Source: Cetorhinus maximus
Taxonomy: Eukaryota
Direction: 5' to 3'
Assembly (NCBI RefSeq): GCF_964194155.1
Contig: NC_135884.1
Coordinates: 55,304,001 to 55,368,000, forward strand
Length of the DNA: 64,000 nucleotides
The position numbers were made by a program, and so were the translations under genes. Shown piece by piece: positions 23,428 through 36,705 of the stretch (the stretch's first letter is position 1; every line of letters begins with the position of its first letter). The notes beneath the pieces were generated by a model that was not told the origin of the DNA, did no database searches, and saw nothing but the letters and a program-made list of their open reading frames with translations.

Positions 23428-26400
23428 ACTGAGAGTTAGTTTAAATTAGTCCCACCCACTGCTCTCATGCCCACTCACCCCCGCCCCCCATGTCTGTGGA
23501 TCAATTTTTTTTCAATCATTAGCAATATTTTCCTTTTTTTTTACTATAAACCTCTGACAGATCAAAAATAAATTAAATAGATACCAATTAGCCAGCTGAA
23601 CCCTATCATAGTAGGTTTGATAGTCCGATGCATTTACACTTTGTTGGATTGTGCCTAACAAGTGTGACGAAAAGGGCCATTTAACAGCTGTGTACAATAA
23701 ATTGGTGAAAACTGGCCAATTTTACCAACTGACTGAAAACGCAGTATATGAATGAAATTAGAACTAGTTAAACATTCCTGACATAACATTGCTATTGGTT
23801 AAACTCATGCTTGGGTGTCAAGATGGCTTAAATTATGTTGAAAGTTACACCTGATGAACTGAGTATGTATTGCCAAAGACCAGTTAGTTACTATACTTTC
23901 CACAAGACGATCTCTACTCTCTGGAGAAAACCGGAGTAAGCTAGTCTTCAACAATGCCCTCTCATCATTCAGGCACATGGAGAAACATTTGAAAGACAGC
24001 AGAGGTCTTAAATTTCTCTGTGACCTGTTATAACAGATTTCTTAATCCATTTATAATAACACAGGTTAATGGTCTCATTAAAATAGCACAAAGAGGAATT
24101 TGACATCAGCACATTAACTAGCACACTAGAAAAAGTGCTCAGAGGAAATTTAACTCCCTGAAGTTAAAGGGGATGAAAATCCACAGCCCGTCCTGTGTAT
24201 TGCCACCATAAGCCTAGCAGTAACGCAGTAGAATTGGAAATTAGTCTGAGATTCGGTATCCTTGCTTGGTTTTTGTACCATCTTCTTTGAGGTGGAGCCT
24301 GCATGCACCCCAAGCAACAGCATGCTTGTCTGAGGTTGTGGGATGGGGTATCCAGGCTGAGAGGTTTCCTGTTCCTGCTTTGGGAACCTGATGGTGGGCT
24401 TGTGTGCCAAGTGAGCACAGGCAGAAAGACCTGAGGCCAGCAGAAGTAATCTCTACCTCAAGATGCAAGCAGGTGCCCCTGAAGATATTATAGGCTATTC
24501 CACATATTTCCTAGGCAGGGGAGGTAAAAGGTGCCACCACCCCTTCACGAATAGACTGGAAACCTCCCACAACCACATTCTCCAACAGAGATTTTCCGTG
24601 GGGGTATCCTGTCATGTTGCTATGTGGCTTTTCAGGCTCAAACTGTTTAAAGAATCTAGTTTCTCTCATGTGAGGTTGCTCCTGGATTGGCTGAGGCCTA
24701 CCGCACAGTTTCTGATGTTTTTTATGGTTGCATGAGTATCCTGAATTTCTGTTTCCACTCTAAGTGTAGCCCAAAACTCAGGAATTGGCACCACTGCACT
24801 GAATAATTGTTGAAGACTCAACAAATGGATGAAAGATTCTGGCAGATGTGGCAGAAGAAAATAGGGTGAAACGTATACTCCACTAGTTATTTGGTGTTAG
24901 TGTGCAGTGTAGTAGACTACTGTGCAGTCTAAACTCTTCACATCAATGAATCAGCAATATTAGCTTAGCCTTTTATTCATCTTTCCAACCCAGTGTTATT
25001 TCTTCTTTTTGTTGTTTATACAATTACATCCACCTTTTATTAACTTCTAGATCTGTATTCTCAGAATTGTGTTTGTCTTGTTTTCTGTCATTATTTTTGG
25101 TTTCATTCTTTTTCTCTAACTCCTGTACTTGAAACTTAAATTAACTGTCTGCTCACTCAATGTTTTTGCTCTTGCTACCTGCCAGCTCCATTAATAACTT
25201 TGCTGTGTCACCTTATGGTTTTCTAATCTCCAGTACTTTTGAGCACAAAAACAGAAGTGTCAATCATCTCACTGTGGGGAAAAACTTAAGGCTGACGGGC
25301 ACTGAAAAATTCATAGTCAAAGCAAATTGTATTTGCATGCAACATGGAAAATTTGAATGTATGCAATGGCCTGTGTTCCCCCAATACATCAGAAGGCCTA
25401 ACTCAATAATGGGAACACTGGAAATAAAGCAAAACACACACTTGTATCTAGTAAGAGGAAGGAGGTCTGTGAAGAGGATAAAAGGACCACTGTTAAAATA
25501 TGAAATATTAGAATATTGGCAGAACAGGTTGATGCCAGGAGAAAGGGGGAGATTCAAAGAGAGAAAATGAGGGTGGCAAACAAAAGGCATCCTCACTTTT
25601 TTCAGGGATATTATTAGCTCATCTTTGTAAACAGGAATATTTAGTGAAAAAGTGACATACACTGTATGTATATTTGTATTTGGATATTTTATTTGATTGG
25701 TTGCCTTTTAGTGAATGTAAAACTTTAGCCAATAAGTACATTTCGTAGACAATGAACATGTCAGCCACTTAACGATGCTGCATTGGCATGTCAGAGCCAC
25801 GGCAGATGAAAAGCTTTAATTATATGGTAGACTCTGAGTGTTCAACCTTTGTGTTTATTGATTTTAAATGATTTAACTCAAGCAGGCTATGTTTTTGAAC
25901 AGTGCACTTTGCACTGGTATTTAAATATTTAAAACCCATGGCCACAAAAGCTGAATTCTTTAAATAAATTCACTTCAAGTGTCTCTTAAATTTTGCATCT
26001 GTAGGGCAGAGAGTGAAGAACCCATTGTTGAAGATTGTAGCAACAGCTGACTATAGTGCATACTGCTGGTGAAGATAGCCATTAGTCTGGGTTCAGCAAT
26101 GTGCTCTCAGTTAACTGACAACTTTCAATGGATTGCCTCAGACATCCTCATATTTCATACTAATGTCTCATTAGGAACAGCCAAGGAGTTACAAAGATTC
26201 ATGCATCACATACTGAACCAACAAATTATGGTTGTTTGAAAAAAGCACATCAAAACCTACTCTTAAAAAACATCTGGCTAATCTGATGATTCGTAATCAA
26301 AATCAAAATGATTAATTTCTAACTTATGTGGATAAACTATATCTGACTGAATCCCAAGATTAGATGTGGTTACTTTTTCTGGCTGTTTCCCAGAATATGT

Positions 26401-26516
26401 TCATGTATCTGTATAAGTGTAAATATACTCAAAAACATGGGAACCAACAAACCATTCTTACACATGATCAAAAAATGATGGAAATATTCAGCAGGTCTGG
26501 CAGCATCTGAAACAGA

Positions 26517-29259
26517 GGGGAGGATCTTCCGGCCGGCAAGCGGGGGCGGGGCTCACTCGAAGGACTGCTGGCATTGAAGGCAGATGATGAGCCTCTGGAA
26601 TCATCCATTAGATGGCAGATGCTGGATGCCCAGCAGGATGTGCAAGAGGATCTGATGGAGATCCATGAGGGTAAGCATGCCATGGTCTCTATTGCGGAGG
26701 AGTCCATGTAGAGCATGAGCACTGTGTTGACCCTCATGGCCATGCACATTGCCTCCTCCATTGTGAGAGTGGCGACTTTCATGGACAGGCAGCTCCAGGG
26801 ACAGAATCAAGGGTTCCTGGGGTTGCACTCGGACTTGCAAGCCCTCACACAGGCAATGACCTCAGGTGGCCAGTGCCAATCTGGGAGATGGATGAGGCAC
26901 CCAGTATCCCAGCTAGGTGCCCATCCATCAATGGCGAGCAGGGAGGTGCAGAACAACCTCACATTGGCACATGAGCTGCCTGTCGTCTCTGTGGGCTCCC
27001 CTCAGGACACTCTGGATGACGGCAGCAGCTCCTCCACCCCTCTGCCAGTGACCATGGCATCTGATGAGACTGCGACAACTCGGGAGATGCTAGATGTGGC
27101 ACTGTCCACTCCCTCCTAGATGGGGTCAACACAGCTTCCACTAGCCAGAGGGAGACTGCCAAAGATCAGCCGGCTGCCTCCAATGCCACTGCCAGCGAGG
27201 CGGGGGGGGGCACTAAGACGTAGCACTTGCAAACGTAAGTTTAAGGCAACATGAGCACAAGAGGGACTGGTCACGGGTGATCTCCTGTACTGTATTGTTT
27301 TGTTCATGTTTACTGGTCTGGGAATGAAGACTAGAGAAGGTTATGTTAATTTGTTTAGATTGTCAAAATGAGGTAAATTTTGTTTTTGTCCTAATGGCCT
27401 GAGTATGCTTCACCTTTTTATTATTTGCAGGGTACGCCAGCATGTAATGCTGGACATGAGTGGCTCTGAACTTTATTGCACAGGCACTGAGTGGACTTTG
27501 GGGTCAAATGAAAAGGTCATTTCAGATATCCTGGCATGAGGTGGAAACTGGTCTTTGGCTGAAGGCCTAGCTGAAGGAACTCTGGATCATGGCATCCCTA
27601 GTGTCCCTGCCTCCCTGAAGGATCCATAGTTCTGCCTCCACACCCTCAGCATTATCGTCACCGTGCTCCTCTTCTGATTCACTACTGGATTGATCCTCTG
27701 TGGCCTGTGCAGCTGCGTCAAGATCCTCTTCCTCCAGTGGGTCCCCCCTTGCCGGTGCCAGATTGTGCAGAGTGCAGCATGTGACCACTATCAATGACAC
27801 CCACTCTGGTGGGTATTGTAGTGCTCCCCCTGAATGGTCCAGGCATTGAAAACGCATCTTCAGAAGACCTATGGTCCTCTCTATCACCGCCCTTGTGGAG
27901 TCATGACTCCTATTATAAAGCTGCTCTGCCTCTGTTTTAGGGTGGTGGAGAGACGTTATAAGCCAACATTTCAATGGATAGCTGTTGCCACCCAGCAGCC
28001 ATCCATCCAGTCGGGCTGGAGCACTGAATAGCCTCAGTGCCTGGGAGAGGATATAAACGTGATGGGAGCTGCCAGGGTACTGTGCACAGACTTGCAGAAT
28101 CTACACCCTGTGGTCACACACTATCTGGACGTTCATTGAGTGAAAGGCACCCGGCTGACCTGCTGGCACCTTGATGACCACATGTGTGCAGTCTATTGCA
28201 CCCTAGATGTGGGGGAACCCAGCAATCACTGCAAAGCCTCTGGCTCGCTCAGCCTGGCTAGCCTCATCTGTACGGAAATGAATAAATATCATTACCCGCT
28301 TCTGTCACCAGCTTGACATTAATGTGGACAGCTGATTGGGAAACTCCATAAAGATCCCCCACTGACCCCTAGAAAGAGCCTGAGGCATAGAAGTTGAGGG
28401 CCACTGTGACCTTCAGAGCCACTGGCATGGGGTTTCTACCTGCACAGTTGAAGGTGATCTCAGGCGCAATCATCTGACAAATGGAGGTCACGGTCTGCCT
28501 GGAGCTTGCTTCGGCATTGCACCTCAGACATATTAAGGTAGCAGCATCGCCGCATGTAAACCCTGGCAGCAGGATAGTGGTGTCTTCTGTGGCCCCTTCT
28601 GCCTTGGACAGCCTGCTGGCCCTGCGCCCCTTGTACCTGCACCTCTCCTCCCATAGGTCACTCCCCTTGAAGCTGCATTCGGACGCCTGGCCTCCTCTCC
28701 CTCTCTTTCTCCTCAGAGGAGGTGCCTCTAGCGGAGACCACAATCCCTATTATCAGAGTTACAGAAGGCTGCCTGATCCCTGGAAGGGTCCACATGGTCA
28801 AAATCCTCTGGGGGCCTTGGAGACGCCAATGAATCCTGGAATGAAGCCTAGAAATGCTAAGAATGAAGCTCAGAACAGAGATGAAGCTGTCAAGTTCAAA
28901 TAAGCAACCAGCAGCAAACTATCTCCTAAACTCTTTACTACTCACACTAGCATTGCTGCTGACCCTTTTTATCCTGCCCTTGGATGAGGTTTTCCAAAGT
29001 GTGGGCTGCCCGCCTTGTCCATGCGACGAGCGCGAAATCGTGCAGGAAACATAAAATCGGGTTCAATTGCCTTTTTAATGACCTGAGTGGACTTTTAATT
29101 GAAGATGGCCCTGGCTCTGACACCCATGCGCGCGCCCACCAACCTGAAGCTTGTGCGCATGCAGAATGACATTGGGATGCTCCCCCAACATCTTCTCGTG
29201 CTATTTTACGCCTAATCGGGTCGGGCGCGCGCCCGCCCACGAAGCGTAAAATTCTGCCC
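26517..29259. mobile_element. PIF/Harbinger transposon, internally deleted, both termini retained
   Basis: Left ggggaggatcttcc, right aaaattctgccc (reverse complement of the family A MITE TIR gggcagaatttt); contains a convergent Myb-gene 3' fragment (+) and transposase (-). TSD not conserved. Confidence 0.85.
27567..28743 (-). pseudogene. Disrupted HARBI1-like DDE transposase
   Basis: PVALKVTVALNFYASGSF*, I*GAIDCTHV, YPGSSH, GWLLGGNSYPL (catalytic Asp apparently replaced by Gly), RAVIERTIGLLKMRFQCLD, CCTLHNLA, acidic tail; in-frame stops and deletions. Confidence 0.92.
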
Positions 29260-29644
29260 CATGTAAATAATAACATGCTGCTGACCTTATATTACTCTAG
29301 AATTTTCAAAAGGCATTTTAAAAATGAATGCTTTGAATGTTTCTCATATTGAACGCAACTGTAAGCTCTGATGATGAGCCGCTCATAATGTATTGATCAG
29401 GTACATTTCTGAAGTTTTCAATAATTAAATACATCAAAATTTTAGCAAGCATTAATGCCTAAGTAGCAGGCATTGCTCATATCTGTGACCATACTGATGC
29501 TTCAATACATGCTTCATGGATAAAGACAGGACTAAACTAAATAATTCTGTACTTTTTAAAACCAAAAAAATACTGTGCTTTTCTCCAGCCGTACGTAGCA
29601 GGCTTTTCTCTGCGTTGTTTTATATAATATGTATATGTAGAGAA

Positions 29645-30960
29645 ATTCTGGGAATGACAGCTAACACCCTACTAATCACATATTTCCGATATGTGGATGA
29701 TACTTTCACTATATTTAAATCCACAGCTACATGTAATGATTTCCTTACATGTATTAATGGGCTCCATCCTGAGCTAAAATTCGTCTTTGAAGTGGAGTAA
29801 TCAAATGAATTCTCCTTCCTTGATGTACTAGTTGAGAAATCTGCCGGGGGTTCTCTACTGCAGTCTACCGCAAGCCTACCTTCACTGGTCAATATACGCA
29901 TTGGATTTCCTACAGTTCCACACGCTGTAAGATTGGTCTTATCATCAACCTTGTAAGTAGGCCCGAGCCATTTGCTCACCATACAAGCTTGATACTGAAA
30001 TAGGGTGCATCAACAGCATCCTGCAGAATAATGACTAACCTGATCAGATCATTCCGCATTGTATATTATGCAAACTCATGAACGGGCCTAAGGCCATCAC
30101 TTTTGGTCCTTTGGAAAAGTGCCCAGTCTACCTCAGATTACCCTGGAAGGGCAATGTATCTCAAAAGAATTTGAGCGACAGGTGAAGCTAGCTGTTTCAT
30201 GCTGCTACAATGCAGTATAACACAAGTGGTATTCGGCACTAACAGGATGCTGCTGTCAAGCCAAAAAGACATTCTGCCTTTCAAATGAGTAATGTGGTAT
30301 ATGAATTTCAGTGCCAGTATGATGCTCGGTATTTAGGCCGTACATCCCAAAGACTAGTGGATTGTATCAAACAGCATGTCCCAGCCACAGTTCGCAATGG
30401 GCAAGATAGAGACTGTACCCAACCAGCCTGTGCTTGCAAAGCTCAAAACACAGTGTCCAACATTAGATGTGATTCCGTGATTGGACAACATTTGCTAAAT
30501 AATCCTCGGCGTGCTAAGAATTACGCTGACAGCTAATTTAAGATTGTCAGTTGGGCTCTCAGTGTGGTGCATTTGTGTGTACTAGAAGCTACATATATTA
30601 ACAGGTCTGTTCTTTGCAGACAGAAAGAACATGTACACATATTGCGCCTGTTTCAGCTAAACTAAATAAGTGACAGCCATTTGCTGACTCATTCCTCCGG
30701 GCAATGCCTTGACCAATCAGGGTCAAGCTGCCTGGTTTAAATTTCAAACAATGTTTGGCAGTTAACTGTCAGTCACCATCAACTGGTGCATTCTCCATGG
30801 CAATGCCTCTACCAATCTGTATTCTCTTCTCATACAGTATAAATTGTTCGTTTTCCCCTTATGTTGGCATTATTGCGAAGTGTCATGATGAGTGCAAGAT
30901 GAAAAGCTTCAACATGTCTCTTTTTTCAGCAATATCAAATTCTGTACCACTAAATGACTA
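29645..30960 (+). mobile_element. Penelope-like retroelement, 5'-truncated (RT + GIY-YIG + pLTR)
   Basis: YFRYVDDTF RT motif, FLDVLV, GIY-YIG NVVYEFQCQYDARYLGRTSQRL..IKQH; degenerate hammerhead near the 3' end. Confidence 0.92.
30880..30915 (+). ncRNA. Degenerate minimal type I hammerhead motif in Penelope pLTR
   Basis: gtgtc-atgatga-gt-gcaa-gat-gaaa-agc-ttc-aacat fits stemI-CUGAUGA-stemII-GAAA-short stemIII-UH-stemI with several substitutions. Confidence 0.6.
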
Positions 30961-32609
30961 AAAGTGTAGATGTGTTCTTTTAGAATGCTGCTCTAATTTA
31001 CCCCTAAAAATAACCTAGAAAATCTTCCGATTATGTTCATGTTGTTGCAAGCAATTAATGACTAGGGGAAATGTTTTGCCTATTTTTGTATAAGTTTCTG
31101 TTTAACTGCTAGCTTATGAGTAAAATATAGATTCTATCTACAGTTCAGAGACCGCTTGCCAAATTGAGAAATTATTATTTTCTTGATTTGGCTTGAGTTG
31201 GCATGGAATTTGATGTATTTTTGCCCATTCTGGATCAAAGAAAACAGATGAACCAAGAGAATTTGGCTCATCGACCCATTCCTCTTTCCTACAACTGTAC
31301 AGACCTTTGTTACATCATGAAGTGAAGATATTTGCATAATTGCCATTTATTACTTTTAAAATGATCTTTTAAAATAAATAATGGATCTGCTTTTGGTTTC
31401 ACAATAATTTAACTGGAACAAAGGCTTAATCTTCAAAATCTCATCTGGAATGTTCTGTGCCATTTAATCTAATGTGCAACAGTACTTCTTTAGTGCTGAA
31501 GGGGAATGAAATAGTCATTAGAATTTACAAAACTATAGTAAAGATGATAAAAATGTATTAAATGTTTTATGTTCAGTCTTAAATGAACCAAGAAATCACG
31601 GACTATTGGTTGTAAATGCTCAACATGAAAAACTGCGCCCAGCTCCCATTAACATAGATGGAAGCAACAGCATGGAAACAACATCATAGATCACCTTGTA
31701 GAATTAGGTATGTGCAAATTTTCTATATTTGAATACACAATGTTTGACTTTTCTCTGGAGAAACAGCGTTTACCAAAGTAGTTGCTGCTAAATACTGTAA
31801 CAGCCAGAATTGTAGTTCCACCAGGTACCTTGATTTTACTTTATTGCTGAACAAACCATTTGAAAGGGCCAAGCACATCAAGTGATGTACCTGGAATTAG
31901 CTTGGTTCACATAAACTGCCTAACTAGGCTGGTTTATTTCAGGTGGTGAAAGTTCATGCATTAAGGTTGAACATTTGATCCAGGTAATTAAATATAATGG
32001 AGCTGTATTTAATCATTCCAGCACTAGAGAATTATCAAACCAAAATGCAAGGGCACAAATTCACAGCATCCTCTGTTCAGTAATTACTTGGGAATGTTAT
32101 TCTGAAGACTACTGGCAAATCTGTCTTCCAATTAAAGAATAGGAGTGTGAAGTTGATTTGCTTTTTTTACATAACCTTAAGCTGTAGCTTGATTAATATA
32201 AAACTACATTTCTGTTGCACCTGTGTTGCATTATTACATTCAACTCAAATGTATGTCCCAAGGAATAGTGTTCACTGAAGGCAGTATTCTCTAAAGGCAG
32301 ATCATCATATTCCAAAGTATAGCTGTGCTAGTCCACTAAAGAATGGAGGACATTAAGTTTTCAGTACAATATACACTTTGATTTACATACTATAATTTAA
32401 TGATGGTTTAGTGGTAAGCTGATTTAGCAGACACTCAATATATTGCAAAACCCAAGTTCAAATTGCAACTGGTGCTTGAATGTGATTTTTCATTATTGTA
32501 CATTGCCCAGCATATGATATTTTTCCTCCCTGTGTATGAGAGTCTGTCATGTATTACAAAGCCAGTAATATTTTGTTATCCCTGCATGGCAAGACACTTC
32601 ATTACAATA

Positions 32610-33060
32610 CAGCATAGGAACAGGAATAGGCCATTCAGCCCCTCAAGTCTGTTCCACCATTCAATTGTTCAATGGCTGACCTGTACCTTAACTTTGTTTA
32701 CCCACCTTTGATCCTCAGTCCTTGATATCATTGCAAAATAAAAATATTTCAAACTCAGCCTTGTAAATTTTAATTGACCTAGCATGTATTACATTTTATG
32801 TTAAAAATACTCTGACTTTATCTGGCCTAGATCTAATTTTAAGATTTTGCCATCTTGTTCCTGATACCATCACAATATATGTTTCTTTCATATCCACCCT
32901 ATAGAATCTCTTTATCATCACTTCAAACAACTCAATTAGATTGCCCTTCAACATTCTAAACTCAAGGGAATGTAGACCAAGTTTATGCAACTTTTCCTAA
33001 TAATTTAACTCTTTAAGCCCTGCTATCATTCTGGTGAATATGCATGTTATTCTTTCCAAG
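32610..33060 (-). mobile_element. CR1 3' fragment
   Basis: KLGLHSLEFRMLKGNLIELF; tail aggaataggccattcagcccctcaag. Confidence 0.8.
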
Positions 33061-33084
33061 ATTAACAGGCATTAACTGACATTT

Positions 33085-34110
33085 GCGGCCGGATTTTTGT
33101 TACCAAGGTGAGTAGCTCCAGTTGGGAAATTTCCCAACTCAAGCTACCCACCTCGTTATAAGTTGCCCCTTTATGTGCTGTTTTTGCTCTGGGGTTAGGG
33201 TCAGGCCCACTGCCCTAGGAGCAGATCAAAGGTGGCCACAGGGCCGGCTGGATGCCAAGGTGGGTTGGTTAAAAGGCCTGTCTCAGTTCTCTGGGACTTT
33301 GTCCCAGTTGCTTGGTTACATTTAGGCCTGCTAGACCTCACCCCTCACAGACCATCAGGCCCCAGCCCACCCACCCATTTCCGATGCCACCATCTTGCCA
33401 ACTCAGCGCCAACTAATGCGCTCCGCCCACCCCCATGGCCCTTTACAGTCCCCATGCCAATTCAATGCCAAATCATGTCCCCCACCCACTCCCAATGGCC
33501 CTTCATACCCTCCATGCCCATTCATCCAGTATACATGTACAGAACCAATGAACATTATAGTAACAATGGCATGTGTGTGAATTTCTTTTTACACCGGCAC
33601 AGGGAAGTGTTGATTTTGCTTGATTGACATTTCTATGAGGTTATAGTAAGTTATTTCTCTGCAATCTCTTTTGCCAATGTCTCAATTTTGCACAAGGTTG
33701 AGAAGTGTCAAGTGCTTAAAGCTTCCATTATTGATATCTTAACGGTCTGTTTCATTGACACTTTTGTAGGAACACAGGCTTTTTTTTCCAAAAAATTACG
33801 AAAAGGTGTTTTTTTTTACTAAGGAGCTTTCACATGTCATTGTTACTCTAGGGCTCATTGGTTCTGCACATCATGTATACTGGGTAAATGGGCAAGGAAG
33901 GGTCATGAGTTGGCATGGAGGGTATGAGGGGCCACTGGGGGTGGTGGGGGCATGAATTGGCATGGGGGCTATAAGAGGCCATGGGTGTTGGTAGGGGGCA
34001 TGAGTTGGCAGGGAGGGGTTATGGAAGGAATAGGTAAGACCTTTTGAAGTTACCTTTCAAAAGTTCCTGAATCCAGACTAAGGTTCACAATTCTTCTGAG
34101 ATCCATGAAC
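33085..34110. mobile_element. Non-autonomous DNA transposon remnant with internal inverted repeat
   Basis: ~33430-33520 is the reverse complement of ~33910-33990; shares motifs with 6660-6830. Confidence 0.55.
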
Positions 34111-34230
34111 CATGGGGATGAGGAGAAATTTTTCCTCTCAGAGGGTCATGAGTCTTTGGAACTCTCTTCACCAAAGAATGTTGAAGGCAGGGTCATTGAA
34201 TATGTTTAAGGCAGAGATAGGTACATTCTT
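34110..34230 (+). mobile_element. CR1 3' fragment
   Basis: MRRNFSSQRVMSLWNSL...SLNMFKAEI. Confidence 0.8.
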
Positions 34231-34499
34231 GCAATCGTCCCGTCTGCCATTTTTAAATGGCTCCAAGGTCCTTCTGACTCTGCAAAAATCTAGCTCTCCA
34301 GATGGGATCTGAGTAATGCTTTGTGCAAATGATGCATAACTTTCTCATCTTTGAATTTTAATTTGCTTGAAATAAAGGGCAACATTCCAGTAGGTTTTTA
34401 ATTTTTTTTGTATTCGTGCAGTAGCTTTTAGTGATTTAGAAATCCCTTGTTTTTCTATAGCTCCTAGTCTCTTATCATTGAGAAAATATTCTGATTTGT

Positions 34500-35200
34500 C
34501 TTTCTCAGGTGCAAAATGAATAACCTTACATTTGCCTAGGTTGAACTCTGTCTGCTATAATTTTGCCTGCTCACTTAGTCCGTCTTTGCGATGGCCTACT
34601 CCAATCCACTCAATTTACTAATTTATTATCATCTGCAAATATGATCAAGTCATTATCGTATCTGGTAAAAGCTGAGGCCCTAATTCAGATCCCCAGGAAA
34701 CACCACTCGTCACATCCACCAATCAGAGAACAAACCCTTATCCCTACTCTCAGTTTCCTACCTGCCAACCAATGACTAATCCATGTATAAGGTTACCTTC
34801 AATTCTGTGTGCTCTTATTTTTTGATAATCTCTTGTGCAGAACTTTGCTAAATGCCTTTGGAAGCACAAATAGACAATCTCCGTACTCACTTCACTGCCC
34901 ATCACATGTTGGTGACCTCCTCAAATAATTAAATTAAATTAGTCAGGCCTTACCTACTATTCACAGATCCCTGCAGAGTCTCTTTGATCAGCTCATACTT
35001 GCTCAACTGTTCACTAACTCCATCTCCAATGATAGGTATCTGGTTATCTGATTTCTCCCTCTTTCCTAAATAATTAAGTAATATGTGCATTTTTCCAGTC
35101 AAGGCACAATCCCTGAATCTAGAGAGCTTTGGGAAAGGCTGACTAATTCATCTGCATTTCTTCACCTATTTCTTTTAATACCTCGGCGTGGAAACCTTCA
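34500..35200 (-). mobile_element. Old CR1 RT fragment
   Basis: Reverse strand retains decayed F.KAFSKV, FADDNKL and FNL.KCKVIHF-like motifs. Confidence 0.7.
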
Positions 35201-35843
35201 CAGCCCAGGCATTTTCGATGTTAATTTCAATTATTTTCTCATCATTACCTTTTTTTTAAAACATATTTTAAATCCACCAAGATGACTTATTTTATGGCCA
35301 GCTTAAAGTTGGCATTTTGTGCTTTACCTCTATTGTTAAAATGGATACCAAGTACACATTGTTCCACAACCTAATGCAATATACGTTCGAAGCTCAGAGG
35401 TGGTAGTTGTTACGTATAGATAGTATTTGTGCAGATTGCAGAGCTGTTTTGATTGTACACAGATTTAAAAAATACTACAGTTTATATATTTTCATAATTG
35501 CTAATCACAATTTGGGATTTAATATGGAACAGGTTATGTTCTGTATATACATTTCACAATTTTAGCTTATTGTTGTCCCTCTAATTTATATATTTACAAT
35601 TGCCATTTTTACAGAATGATAAACCAACCAAAATGAGTGAAACAAATAAAAGTAACTTTTTTTCTGTTTACAGAGGATGCAATGTCATTACCAACTGTTC
35701 TAAATTATGTAGAAAGATTAATACTTGATATGCAACAGGGATCTTTATGATTTCAATAATCAGCAATCTCAAACATCTTTGATACTGTATTTCTGCAATA
35801 ATCTGTAACTACAGATTCCAATTTGCGGGCATAGTTGTCTTAC

Positions 35844-36023
35844 CTCCTTCCATAACTGTTGTTCCTTCTTCTGTAATAAGTTTCCCAGGTCCAGCTTGAG
35901 TGTAAGCATTCAGGTAGAACTTATATTTACTGCTGGTGTCCAGATCAGACACTACTATCTTGGTTGTATCAGGATCCGTAACATTAATAGTATTCAAGGC
36001 ACCAATTTCTTCTGTGTCATTAA
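35844..36023 (-). CDS. CHL1: CHL1 exon, second half of FNIII domain 4 (180 bp)
   Basis: Acceptor ttttattttacag|TT AAT GAC, donor GAA GGA G|gtaaga; encodes NDTEEIGALNTINVTDPDTTKIVVSDLDTSSKYKFYLNAYTQAGPGKLITEEGTTVMEG with the FNIII L-x4-Y-x-F motif. Confidence 0.95.
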
Positions 36024-36464
36024 CTGTAAAATAAAACACGTAACTGTGAAACTTTTGTAATTAAGGGTCTGTACCTGGAAGATTCAAAGAAAAGAATTTT
36101 CATTGTTAGTTCAGCAACTAATTGAAGTAAATGAATAGCTACAGAAAAGCCGCACTTCTGCTTGATGTGCACAGTTTTTTTTGCCAAATGCGCGCAATGA
36201 CGAGAATACTGGCCTTTTTCTCTCCCAGTAGGTTGGTTAATGCATACCTTCTCTTTAGATAGTAAAGTTTTATTTCCCTTGCTAGCATAAAGGACCTTCT
36301 TCTCTGCTCTTTTCTCTCAGGATATTCATATGGCTCTGATTTTGTGATATCAATGATGGCAAAACTGTCAATGTTCACCTTCATTACTCCTCGGAAACCA
36401 GCAACAACTTCTGGAGACCATGCATCCGCAGTTAAGTGTTAAAATCCAGAAGTGGCTGTCAGTG

Positions 36465-36705
36465 ATGAGGAGATTTATTTTTCTCTCAGGTCATTGGTCT
36501 GTGGAATTCTCTTCCCAGAGAGCAGTGGAGACTGGGTCATTGAATATATTCAAGGCTGAGTTAGATAGACTTTTAGTCGACATGGGCGTCTAGGGATACG
36601 GGAGGAGGAGCAGACAGGTAAGTGGAATTGAGGCCAAGATCTTACTGCTGATGGAGCAGGCCCAAGGGGTTGAATAGCCTACTTCTGCTCCTAGCTCTTG
36701 TGTGT
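36465..36705 (+). mobile_element. CR1 3' end
   Basis: gatgaggagatttattttctctcagg...ctgtggaattctcttccc...gaatagcctacttctgctcct. Confidence 0.8.

Larger units (their letters stand above)
273..36023 (-). other. CHL1: Partial gene span: L1-family neural cell adhesion molecule, CHL1-like (FNIII-4 to transmembrane exons)
   Basis: Four phase-1/phase-1 exons splice into one frame. Peptides (NDTEEIGALN...KYKFYL; RLMAKNWFDNTSIFEDVIETRGK; [19 protein letters not shown]...KRNKGGKYS) resemble vertebrate CHL1 as I recall it more than L1CAM, NrCAM or NFASC. The gene continues beyond both window ends. Confidence 0.9.

Noticed and set aside
25740-25960. Possible conserved non-coding enhancer with a short palindrome (cagtgca..tgcactg)
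   Set aside because: Cannot be supported without cross-species alignment; a palindrome this short is expected by chance.
27567-28743. Domesticated host gene HARBI1
   Set aside because: In-frame stops, loss of a catalytic Asp, flanking TIRs and several related copies indicate a dead transposon.
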